From the NCBI GenBank assembly GCA_016933575.1, contig JAFGAR010000125.1, forward strand, positions 1-31,156: a stretch of DNA of 31,156 bases. Direction: 5' to 3'. The position numbers were made by a program, and so were the translations under genes. This stretch comes from Candidatus Thorarchaeota archaeon. Lineage in GTDB: Archaea; Asgardarchaeota; Thorarchaeia; Thorarchaeales; Thorarchaeaceae. Below, in pieces: positions 19,437 to 28,751 of the stretch (positions within the stretch are counted from its first letter, which is position 1; each line of letters begins with the position of its first letter). The notes beneath the pieces are model-generated. The model did no database searches. It saw only the letters and a list, made by a program, of their open reading frames with translations, and was not told the origin of the DNA.

Positions 19437-20012
19437 ATGGAGAATGATCGTAATGAAACTAGGATCGGAAAAATTAGTAATCTTCTCTCCCAATCTCTGA
19501 TAGAGTTCGAAGCACTCCCTAAGACTTTCAAAATACCTCAAGCAAATGATATAATAAAGGTTAGGGATTTTCCGGTAGCCGTTTCATTTGGATATGATGA
19601 TAGTAGGAAAATTGCAAGATATTTTGAATTCGATAAGAGGCAAAGCTCCTACTATCGAGATGCTGCACAGGGGCTAGGATTTGTTGAACTTGATCATCGT
19701 AATAAATACAAATTAACATCACTGGGAGAATGGTATTCTAAACTGAATACAAAAGAGAGAAACCATGTCCTTGTTAGAAGACTTGCTAAGCATCCTATCA
19801 TGGCTGAGATACTAGCGACACTGAATAAAGGCCAAGAGGTGACAATGTCTGATATTGAACAAATAATATCTAAGCATTCTTCATTGGGAGGGAGCACCAT
19901 TCCCAGAAGAGCATCAACTATTCTTAGTTGGTATCGATGGATCGAAATGGAAATCGGTTTGATTTCAGTTTGTAACGGAGTAATCTCGCCAAATGTTCAA
20001 ACTCGCCTTTGA
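19437..20012 (+). CDS. Stand-alone winged-helix protein resembling the C-terminal domain of Dam-associated restriction-like proteins (DUF7226-like, tentative)
   Basis: IPQAND...FEFDKRQSSYY.DAA..LG...YKLT.LG and ST..RRASTI.SW..W. GGAGGT RBS. Confidence 0.6.
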   Translation: MENDRNETRIGKISNLLSQSLIEFEALPKTFKIPQANDIIKVRDFPVAVSFGYDDSRKIARYFEFDKRQSSYYRDAAQGLGFVELDHRNKYKLTSLGEWYSKLNTKERNHVLVRRLAKHPIMAEILATLNKGQEVTMSDIEQIISKHSSLGGSTIPRRASTILSWYRWIEMEIGLISVCNGVISPNVQTRL

Positions 20013-20699
20013 TGGTGTTGATCTTCAAATTGGTGTAGCCACAATTGAATCTGGATGATCTCTAATCAGCTATTAATAACATGAACATTAAAACGAAGCT
20101 GACAATATGTCTTACTGAGGATACTGTGAAACTGCGAGTCTATTGGCCTCAATGGCAAATAGCATATCTAATAAGCAGTATGATACAAAGAGGAATTTTC
20201 GAATTCTCATGAAACAGGACAACCCCAAATACAACCCCAAACATCAGATCTGCTACGAGATCTTGATATCATGAGAAAGACATCAATTAGTAGTTTTAGA
20301 ATTGTATTTGATACGATTCATTCGATATATTTAGGTGAAGATCCCCTCTAATTCAGAGCTGAATTGACCATTTTGTCATATCAGAATACACGGCATAACG
20401 GATTTGCAAATCTCTGCTTTGTCATCTGTTCATCGCTATGCAGGAAATAAATGCAAGGTCTACATGGATCGTCAGGCTACTAGAAAATCTCTCATGGGAT
20501 CTATCAGGATTATCAGTGCCCTGGCGAAACCTATAGAACTACTTCTTCATGAAGCAAATAGCATGACAACATCTTCGCCTTATATTCGGAAACAAAGAAA
20601 AACCTAAAGAGCCGCACCACCTCATGAAAATGATGCAGCGCGTTCAATTGCTCTCGAAGACTCAATCTATGAGCAATATAATACTAGGAGCGATAAAGA

Positions 20700-22043
20700 A
20701 TGGATGAAAAGAAACCTTCTCTAAAAAAGGAGGTCGATGCATGGATTTCCAAGAATTCTGAGAATCTGCTTTTTCTCGAGTGCACTATTTTTTGGAGTAA
20801 ATGTATTGTACACTACCCAAATATTGTATCACCTGAAATAATTGGTGATGTCGTATCAAATCTATCCTCGCGTTTCCAAGAGAAATCGATCACTGAAACA
20901 ATGGGAGGTATATTGCACGAGCTACGGAAAATTGGGATAGAATCACCAGATCGACTCTTAGCAGAAGCAAGAAAAGCATTGAATAAATATGGATTGAAGC
21001 GTCTCATGAGTAATGTCCGTAGTAATTCTTCTGCTAATAGTGACTATAAGCGAGTGCTGCAGCTATTTGCAGAATTTATCGACAGAGAGGATCTATGGGG
21101 TACTGATCTAGATGTATTTAGTGTCACCAAATTGAATTCACTACTGAAAGTTTCGAACCTATTTGACTGTGAAGAATTACAGAAGAAGGGCGGGATTTAC
21201 AGGATCCATAGCTCTAAGGAGCAAAAAGCTGTATACATTGTTCCGCCGCATATTTCGTTGTATCTATATGAGATATTTGATATTGAAGAGGATATCATTT
21301 GCCCTCACTGTGATAAGGTCTTTGACACTGAAGAGGATCTTGAAGCACACGTATCGACATGCCCAAACTTACCAACTATTGTTTCACCAATACCTAAGTG
21401 TGAAAAATGCGGTTTGGAATTCAAATCTGAAACAGATCTTGAAATTCATCTGCATCAACATCATATGGAAATAGATGAATTACCACATCCCCCCTTTCCA
21501 AAATGTAGCGATATAGGATGTGGGGCTTCATTTTTAGTTAGGGCTAATTTCAGGAGACAAGACGCTCATAGATATCTTAAGGCAATTCTCGAAACAGCGA
21601 AAGAATACGTTAAAATTCAAGACAACTATTTACTCAGTGATTCTTTTCAATATTTACAATACATAGAGCCTAATGTATCAATATACCTACTTACTCACTT
21701 TAAGAAGGATAAGGATCTATTTCGGAACATGACGAAATTTTCTGCAATAATAGAAGAATTGGATCAACTGAAGAAAAAGGGGCATTCAGTTAAAGTAGCA
21801 CATATGAAATCCTCCGCTGTTCATGATAGATTGATCATCACTGAAAACTACTTATGGGGCCTATCAAATTCACTTCATGCTTTGGGTGGTAGTAAAATAT
21901 CTTCGGTCTTCTATATTCCGATAGATCAGAAGCAATACATTGAGCGAGCTTTCGATAACTATTTCAAAAATGCCAAGAAGCTCAGCTTGACTGATCTTGA
22001 GGACCTCGGCAATAATCTATCAGTTGGATGGTACAGGGAGTAG
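20700..22043 (+). CDS. Zinc-finger (C2HC + C2H2) protein with C-terminal PLD-like domain
   Basis: CPHCDKVFDTEEDLEAHVSTC and CEKCGLEFKSETDLEIHLHQHH; C-terminal VKIQDNYL...HDRLIITENYLWGLSNSL. GGAG RBS. Confidence 0.65.
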   Translation: MDEKKPSLKKEVDAWISKNSENLLFLECTIFWSKCIVHYPNIVSPEIIGDVVSNLSSRFQEKSITETMGGILHELRKIGIESPDRLLAEARKALNKYGLKRLMSNVRSNSSANSDYKRVLQLFAEFIDREDLWGTDLDVFSVTKLNSLLKVSNLFDCEELQKKGGIYRIHSSKEQKAVYIVPPHISLYLYEIFDIEEDIICPHCDKVFDTEEDLEAHVSTCPNLPTIVSPIPKCEKCGLEFKSETDLEIHLHQHHMEIDELPHPPFPKCSDIGCGASFLVRANFRRQDAHRYLKAILETAKEYVKIQDNYLLSDSFQYLQYIEPNVSIYLLTHFKKDKDLFRNMTKFSAIIEELDQLKKKGHSVKVAHMKSSAVHDRLIITENYLWGLSNSLHALGGSKISSVFYIPIDQKQYIERAFDNYFKNAKKLSLTDLEDLGNNLSVGWYRE

Positions 22044-22197
22044 TCAGTTCAAAATTTCGTTAGTACATCCGACACGAATTTGAAAGAACACTGATTCTTA
22101 GAATGAGAACTCGCAAACAGATTGTACCAGATCTCATCAAGATATCATTTGAAGGTCCTTTGATTCTAGTTAATTGCTATAGGAGTAGTATGAATAT

Positions 22198-24516
22198 CTA
22201 CGTTGCTTTGATTATTCCTTCATTCATCATTACTACATGATCAACATGTTCTTCCAATCCTGGAACATGGCTAACTAACACAATCTGATCGAACGACTCT
22301 CTAAGAGTAGTTCTTATTGAATTCATGATTCCCACTCTGCGTTCAGAATCACTGCTTCCCAGTGGCTCATCGAGAAATAGAAACTGCGGTCGAGTATTCT
22401 TTCTATGAGGGAGGAGGGCCAGTGCAAAGGCTATCCTCGTGGCCAAGAGGAATTGATCTTCAGTCCCTCCACTGAAGATATCCTTTGGGAGGAAATCATT
22501 AGCTTCCCTACAGAAGACAGCAACGTCATACGTATCTGATAGTCTTGCTGCAGCATATCTCCCGTTTGTTATGGATGGAAGTATCTTGGAGATATTCACC
22601 TCCACGCTGGGGCGAACTCGCTCTCTGAGGTTCTCAGCCGTCTTCGAAACAGCCTCAACAATGGTTTTGGAAAGATCCAGGTTATGTCGTGTCTTCTGGA
22701 CCTGCTCTTCTTGTTGGATTACACGGTCATCGATATCTGTGTGAGTATCCAAGAATTCCTGTTTCTCATCCAAAGATTTGGAGTAGTTGTCAATCCTCTC
22801 ATTGAGTGTGGATATTTTGCTGGTTAAATCTTTGACAATCTCTCTTTGATTCTCTAGATTCTCCTTAGAGAACACCAAAGTACCTAAGTCAGGAAGATCA
22901 AGATGATCAAGAGCTCTTTGCTTAGAGATAATCTCAGTTTCCTTTCCTTCTATATCCCCCTCGATAACGTCCCGTTTGGAAACATCTTTCTCAAGTGATG
23001 CTATCTGTTTTGTTGTTGTTGCTCTCTCTGTATTGAGCTCTTGAAATCGTTCTATAGAGTTTCGCGCACAATCGAGAAGATCTTGATGTGAGTCGATATC
23101 GAGGAGGTCAGAAATCTTTGAAACCAAATCCGTCAGGGCACTGTGAGATCTTTCAATGGTCTGCGACACATCTGTCCGTTTTGTGGACAGATCAGTGATT
23201 CTTTCTGCGTTCTCTTCGATCTTAGTCTGTGCTCTCTGATAGTTTGAATATCTCAAAGCTGTATCTGCTTTCTTCTGTTTGAAGCTAACTGTCTTGAGAT
23301 ACCATGCGATGATATATACCAGAAAGACAAGAGGTAGTACTACAAATAGCAGATTGATCAATAGAAGCATTGAAGATGCGCCTGCAAGTATAGCGGCACC
23401 TCTTACATATCGTGAGTCTGGTGGCGATTGATTGAGCAGTGCAATTTCCTCTTCAGAAGGGGCTATTGCATCAGCATCACATTGAAGTTGAACACCACGC
23501 TGATCAACCAATTCAAGCTCGTGATCTATGTCATCCAAACGTGCTCTTTCCACATCCAATGAATCAAGGATCTCTTCTACCCTGGAAACATCACTTTCAA
23601 CCTCATCGAGAATCTGGAGATCTACCATTCTCTCTCTGTGTTGTATTAGTTCAGCTTCTTTTCCAATGAGTTGATCTAGTGATTCATTGAGAAGTCCTTT
23701 CTGTTCATTCAGAGCAGATATCTTGGATTCTATCTTCTCTCTTTCTATGAGAATATCATCATACTGATATAGGAGTTTTAGATTTGCATTCTCAGAAGCT
23801 AGTTGAGCTTCGGTAGAATCCCGCTCCTTGGTTGACACTTCGATATTCTGATTAAGTTCTCTCACACTATTTTCAATCTCTCGAACCTGCACCTGCTCCT
23901 CGCGTAGGCTACCAAGTCGATTCTCTTGGATAGTCAGTTCTCCATGGCGTTTGGGTGTTCCTTCTAGGTCTCGAATTATCGCTTTATGTTCATTCAGTAC
24001 ATCGTTAAACTCATTCAAGTTCATGAAGACATTGATTATCTCTTTCCTATCACTAGCAGATTGCTTGATGAGGTGGTTGAGATCCTTCTGAGCAACAACG
24101 CAACTTGATACCAATTCTTGATATGATACATCTCCCATACGAGCAAGGATAGTGGTATTTACGCCTTTAATACTGGTTTCCAGTGATTTTTCCTTCCCAT
24201 TAGGATTGACTTCTACCAGACTTGCCGTATTGCCTTTGTTCCTGAATATCCTTCTATCCACTCTATACTTGATTCCTGCTATCTCAAAGATGAGCGACAC
24301 GAAGGCACTATCAGAGTTATGGTTAATCATCAGTGTGTGATTGGCACTACGATTCGGTTTCAAAGGTGCGCCATAAAGTGCATAGACGATTGCCTCCATG
24401 ATCGTTGATTTTCCACTCTCATTGGGTCCTCGGATGAGAGTAACTCCGTCCTTAAATTCGAGATCCTTGACATCAAGTTTCTTGAAGTTGATAGCAGTTA
24501 GTGAAACCAGTTTCAT
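22198..24516 (-). CDS. rad50: Rad50/SbcC-like SMC ATPase with central hydrophobic hairpin
   Basis: Walker A GPNESGKST, Q-loop VAQ, signature FSGGT, Walker B/D-loop FLDEPLGSSD, H-loop VSH, long coiled coils, no CxxC hook. Confidence 0.88.
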   Translation of the reverse strand: MKLVSLTAINFKKLDVKDLEFKDGVTLIRGPNESGKSTIMEAIVYALYGAPLKPNRSANHTLMINHNSDSAFVSLIFEIAGIKYRVDRRIFRNKGNTASLVEVNPNGKEKSLETSIKGVNTTILARMGDVSYQELVSSCVVAQKDLNHLIKQSASDRKEIINVFMNLNEFNDVLNEHKAIIRDLEGTPKRHGELTIQENRLGSLREEQVQVREIENSVRELNQNIEVSTKERDSTEAQLASENANLKLLYQYDDILIEREKIESKISALNEQKGLLNESLDQLIGKEAELIQHRERMVDLQILDEVESDVSRVEEILDSLDVERARLDDIDHELELVDQRGVQLQCDADAIAPSEEEIALLNQSPPDSRYVRGAAILAGASSMLLLINLLFVVLPLVFLVYIIAWYLKTVSFKQKKADTALRYSNYQRAQTKIEENAERITDLSTKRTDVSQTIERSHSALTDLVSKISDLLDIDSHQDLLDCARNSIERFQELNTERATTTKQIASLEKDVSKRDVIEGDIEGKETEIISKQRALDHLDLPDLGTLVFSKENLENQREIVKDLTSKISTLNERIDNYSKSLDEKQEFLDTHTDIDDRVIQQEEQVQKTRHNLDLSKTIVEAVSKTAENLRERVRPSVEVNISKILPSITNGRYAAARLSDTYDVAVFCREANDFLPKDIFSGGTEDQFLLATRIAFALALLPHRKNTRPQFLFLDEPLGSSDSERRVGIMNSIRTTLRESFDQIVLVSHVPGLEEHVDHVVMMNEGIIKAT

Positions 24517-25674
24517 CTACTCCCTCCCTCCTATTTGGCTCAAACAGAGAGTCTTAGCTTCCTGAACAAGACTCTTCTTTTCTTCTGACTCCGCAGCCTC
24601 TATCATAGAATCGAAGTATGCAGCCAGCTCCTCATAGGGGTCTAGGTACCCTACGATCTCAAATGCCTCAGGCTGCTTGATATGTAAATCACGTTCCTCG
24701 ATCAACGTCTTGAAGACTTTCTCATCCCCTTTTCTGATGAGGAACTGTCGGTCATACGCAGCCAATCCCTCCGGTGTTGCCACTCCAGTGACAAGTATCC
24801 GTAGTATTGTGGAAGGATCTAGGTCTTGCTTGAGCATCTCCTCAACTACCTGATTGATTTGGTCATCAGGTTTGACCTCAATGCTTTCAGTTCTCATAGG
24901 TCTGGCTTCCACGGGAATTTGTACAATGTCTATCTTCGATCCATCTACTTCGATGTAGACGAAGCTCTTTTCATCCTCCTCTTCGTTGAAAGTAACTCGC
25001 TCTGTGCTACCTGGAATAATGATATGTCTTGTTCCAACCCTTTTCTGCTGTGCAGCATGATAGTGACCTGCAATAGTTAGATCGAATCCTGATGGAATCC
25101 TCTGTACCTCTATCAAAGGTACTTCTCCCGCAAAGCCTTGAAATCCTGCTATCGGATAATGCAGCATCAAGATGTTGATATCTGCTGAAGGAGTAGGTAT
25201 CTCAATATTCAGTGGATCCTCATCACCTTGAAGCAGTGGATTATATCCGACTCCCACAATAGTGACTTCTTTCCCGTTGCATTTGAGATGGATTGCTTCA
25301 ATATCTGTCGGATTTTCGAAAAAATGGATTATTCCCGAGTTGCCATGAGAACGGAGGGGTGAAACTCCTGTACTAATACCCCTTGGTGTATCATGATTTC
25401 CTCCAATAACAAACGAGTTCACTCCGGCATCAGACAATCGTTTGAATTGGTGCATTACCCACGCATGAGTGCCATTGCTTGGTCGCATCCCATCGAAAAG
25501 ATCTCCTGCAACTAGAAAGATGTCTGCTTTCTTCTCAATAGCAAAATCCACCGTTTTCAGAAAGCCTTTGCGAAAATCAGCTCTTCTTGCATTAGCCCTT
25601 GATCCATATCTTGTGCATTTCGGATCAAGGTGCGCATCTGCCGTAGCCACGATTTTCACACTACTCTTACTCAT
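24517..25674 (-). CDS. mre11: Mre11/SbcD-like metallophosphoesterase nuclease
   Basis: TADAHL, AGDLFD, GGNHD, LMLH, AGHYH, PGSTER. ATG 25674 overlaps the end of herA. Confidence 0.92.
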   Translation of the reverse strand: MSKSSVKIVATADAHLDPKCTRYGSRANARRADFRKGFLKTVDFAIEKKADIFLVAGDLFDGMRPSNGTHAWVMHQFKRLSDAGVNSFVIGGNHDTPRGISTGVSPLRSHGNSGIIHFFENPTDIEAIHLKCNGKEVTIVGVGYNPLLQGDEDPLNIEIPTPSADINILMLHYPIAGFQGFAGEVPLIEVQRIPSGFDLTIAGHYHAAQQKRVGTRHIIIPGSTERVTFNEEEDEKSFVYIEVDGSKIDIVQIPVEARPMRTESIEVKPDDQINQVVEEMLKQDLDPSTILRILVTGVATPEGLAAYDRQFLIRKGDEKVFKTLIEERDLHIKQPEAFEIVGYLDPYEELAAYFDSMIEAAESEEKKSLVQEAKTLCLSQIGGRE

Positions 25675-27277
25675 CCTCGAATGCCCCTCCAAACTTCTCT
25701 TGGGATTCCTTATGTTTGGCTACTACCTTATCGATACCAACCTCCTTCCTAGCACTTCTTAGAGCCGATACGATATCGATATCTGCACCACCCTCTCTCG
25801 TTCTGCGTCTTCGAATCTTGACCATAACTGGAGCTTTTGCTATTGGACCAACGATGACTGCTTCTCCAGGATTAAGCCCCGGCAGGTCCGCAAGAAGATC
25901 TGAGCTCAATCTCTCTGAGCTCTCAGCTACTGAGTTCTGATCCTTTGGATTGGTCAGCTTCATTATTATCTGGCTGTTACATTGGCTGAGCGTATCAGCA
26001 TGTATCTTGGAAGGTCTCTGAGTTACTACTATGAGGAACACGCCAAACTTCCTTCCTTCTGCTGCGATGCGTTTCAGGATGGAACTACTCATAGTAGAGT
26101 TCTCTCTAGATACGAAATTGTGCGCCTCTTCAACAAGTACGAACACAGGATGCGGGAATCTTCCTGATGAGACCTCCTCATAGACCTCACGAAGGAGCTT
26201 TGCCACAATATAGTCCATACTGGAATGATCAAGCCCTGAGAGATCAAGGGTTGAGAGCTGCATCGGAGCAAGGAGTCTTGATAGTTGAGTTGATGAGCCT
26301 CCAAATACTCTCATTCTAACTAGGTCCCTTGCGAAGCGAACTGCTGAAGCATAGTCACTTCTCTCCCCCTGAGTGGCTGCTGTTTCCATATGACCCAATA
26401 GAGTATCCAAAAGATCATCTGGTGTGTACGCGGAGTTAGATTGTCTAAGCTCCCCAAGAACCTTGCTCATCGTTTCTCTGATTCTTCGGTAACTCGGTGC
26501 AACGCCTGCGATCTCAAACACCTCATCGTCAGAAAGATCTGAGAAAGCAATGGTATATTCCTCAATGGTGCCTATCTGACTCTCTTCATAGCGACCTGTA
26601 CTCGAAGGATTTCGAAATACCTTGCATCTGTCGCTAAGCTCGTGAATTGATGCGTCCTCATTTCTGCCCATCAATACATAGTCCGCGTGCGGATCGATGA
26701 TGAGAACAGTAGCTCCTTTCTCGAGAAGCTCCTCGAGAATGACTCCGGCTGCATAGCTCTTTCCTGCTCCAGTCTGGGCGATTATTGCCATATGTCTCCT
26801 CAGCCCAGTTACTGAGATGGACACATTTACAGATCTTCGCGTAATCAAAGATCCAACATCTAGAGCCTCATCGGCTTCAAACGAGTAGAACCTCTCCAAT
26901 AGGCTTTCTGAAGCAAGTCGCACTTCACTTCCCGGAGTGATCGATCGGCGTGGGAACAGCGCATCCCTCTCATCATCCTGCATATATCCAAGGATGCGAG
27001 CTTTTCCATAGACTCTGATATCATCTATATCTGCAGCCTTGATCCTTCGAATGGCTTCAAATCCTATGTATTGACTGAGGGCATCACTGGCCGAGAAAAT
27101 CGCTTCTACTTGCGCTAGGACATCGACCTCTGTCAAGACACCATCAATAAGCTCCATGGACTGAATACTAACATAGTCCAAGCGTGATGGGCACCTTTCA
27201 GTTGTACTGGAGAATATGAATGATGTGGAGCTTGCCTCTCCAACAATGATTCCGATTGCTTCATGCATAGTAGACAC
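25667..27277 (-). CDS. herA: HerA bipolar DNA helicase/translocase
   Basis: N-terminal HAS barrel (IGIIVGE), RHMAIIAQTGAGKS, IIDPHADY, VLVEEAHNF, AAEGRKFG, TQRPSK, LSQCNSQII. Confidence 0.93.
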   Translation of the reverse strand: MSTMHEAIGIIVGEASSTSFIFSSTTERCPSRLDYVSIQSMELIDGVLTEVDVLAQVEAIFSASDALSQYIGFEAIRRIKAADIDDIRVYGKARILGYMQDDERDALFPRRSITPGSEVRLASESLLERFYSFEADEALDVGSLITRRSVNVSISVTGLRRHMAIIAQTGAGKSYAAGVILEELLEKGATVLIIDPHADYVLMGRNEDASIHELSDRCKVFRNPSSTGRYEESQIGTIEEYTIAFSDLSDDEVFEIAGVAPSYRRIRETMSKVLGELRQSNSAYTPDDLLDTLLGHMETAATQGERSDYASAVRFARDLVRMRVFGGSSTQLSRLLAPMQLSTLDLSGLDHSSMDYIVAKLLREVYEEVSSGRFPHPVFVLVEEAHNFVSRENSTMSSSILKRIAAEGRKFGVFLIVVTQRPSKIHADTLSQCNSQIIMKLTNPKDQNSVAESSERLSSDLLADLPGLNPGEAVIVGPIAKAPVMVKIRRRRTREGGADIDIVSALRSARKEVGIDKVVAKHKESQEKFGGAFEDE

Positions 27278-28598
27278 GTCTGTACCCCCTATTGTATGCG
27301 AAATCCGAGTTGATCTCGTTCTCGATCACTCTCTTGTAGAGCCTGTCAACAGTTTCCCGCCTCAACCTGACCTTCTCATCGACACGTTTTAGCCATATAT
27401 TATAGTTCTCAGGTCCCCCGTACCCTCCTGTCAGGACCTCCATCACATCAGTTACATTGCACTCAAGGAACTTGGGTAGGGTTGGTTCCCATATATTCTC
27501 CTCTTGACCTACCATCCATGCTGGGATATCCACTCTAATTGGAGTATCGCTTGGATGTAGTCTGGCATGAAACGTCACGATTGCTGGCAGTTCCCGCAAT
27601 CTTGGCAGGACCCGTCTTGCAAGTTGCCAAATCTCATCAGGATCATCGGACGCCTCAATCACTGAGCCGTATCTTTTTGCGATATATCCGTCTGTATTCG
27701 AGAAGGCACTCATCAACGTCCTTCGCGGATGATCTGTCATGGTCATGAGAAACGGTCTGGTGTATCCTTTCCCACGCAGGAGTGCTTGCATAAGGACATG
27801 ATCTGAAATGGGATGCTGTGCGATCTCAACTAAACTTGCTATCGCATCCCAATCCTTGCCTTTCTTTTGCTTGAGTTCCCGAAGCAAACCCTTTGCAATT
27901 CCTGGCGGATAGTCTGGCGACATTACTGCGTGCTTGATTCTTTCGATCATATCCGGTGTTATTGTGGTCTGAGCGTGTCTTGTCACATCCTTTATCTTAT
28001 CTAGTATCAACGCGCGGAGAAAATGACTCACCTTGCTATCCTTACTTACCGCAATGATACCTATTCCTCTCTCCCTGCATCGCTCAAGCAGTATTAGCAA
28101 TTGATCATAATAGGACAACAGAAACAACTCATCCTGAGGTATTCCAAGCGCGATGGGAAGATGCTGCAGTCTCCCAAAGAGTGATCCATCAAGAAGTATG
28201 TATTTTGTATCTTCCCTATTTGCGCTTTCAAGTGCTACAGCATTCTCGCAGTACTCCATCCGAAGAGAAGTGTATCTGTCAACCTTGCCAGCTGATACAG
28301 TCATGGGGATTATTCCACTGTCAAGATGTCGAATATCTCCCCCATTTGAGAGAGCCAGCCCTCTTGTTATCCACCAAGTTGCCCCATTCCAAAGGGGTCT
28401 GGTCGCTATGCTGCCATCTGTACCAACAACTCCATCAGGAGGATCTAGCGATTCAACAGGAAGACCGAACCAATTCTGTGAGGCAAGAGGACCTAGCAAA
28501 TCCTTGTAGGCATCGTCTAGATTACCAGACAGACCCTCTTTCCATCGTTTGATATCTTCGCGGACCAGTACGACCATCTCCTCAAGATACTCAGGCAC
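27261..28598 (-). CDS. nurA: NurA 5'-3' nuclease
   Basis: VGTDGS, ILLDGSL, IAVSKDS, C-terminal Y..WL..VD..VRL. GGAGGT RBS 6 nt before GTG 28598; overlaps the herA start. Confidence 0.88.
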   Translation of the reverse strand: MPEYLEEMVVLVREDIKRWKEGLSGNLDDAYKDLLGPLASQNWFGLPVESLDPPDGVVGTDGSIATRPLWNGATWWITRGLALSNGGDIRHLDSGIIPMTVSAGKVDRYTSLRMEYCENAVALESANREDTKYILLDGSLFGRLQHLPIALGIPQDELFLLSYYDQLLILLERCRERGIGIIAVSKDSKVSHFLRALILDKIKDVTRHAQTTITPDMIERIKHAVMSPDYPPGIAKGLLRELKQKKGKDWDAIASLVEIAQHPISDHVLMQALLRGKGYTRPFLMTMTDHPRRTLMSAFSNTDGYIAKRYGSVIEASDDPDEIWQLARRVLPRLRELPAIVTFHARLHPSDTPIRVDIPAWMVGQEENIWEPTLPKFLECNVTDVMEVLTGGYGGPENYNIWLKRVDEKVRLRRETVDRLYKRVIENEINSDFAYNRGYRRVYYA

Positions 28599-28751
28599 TA
28601 GATAACCTCCTTTGATGCTCAAATACTATGAACGTATGAAGCTGTGCACTATGGTGCTATGCTTCTGCCTCCATTACCACATCCTATACTGTGCAGAACT
28701 TACCAATAATCTCATTGATGGAAACTTTCCACACTTTAGGAAAGTGTTTCA

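Noticed and set aside
20219-20242. Tandem ACAACCCCAAA(T/C) x2
   Set aside because: Only two 12-nt copies with no spacer; not a CRISPR array or supportable iteron set.
20404-20607. 67-aa ORF in the intergenic gap
   Set aside because: TTG start, no RBS and no recognisable motif.
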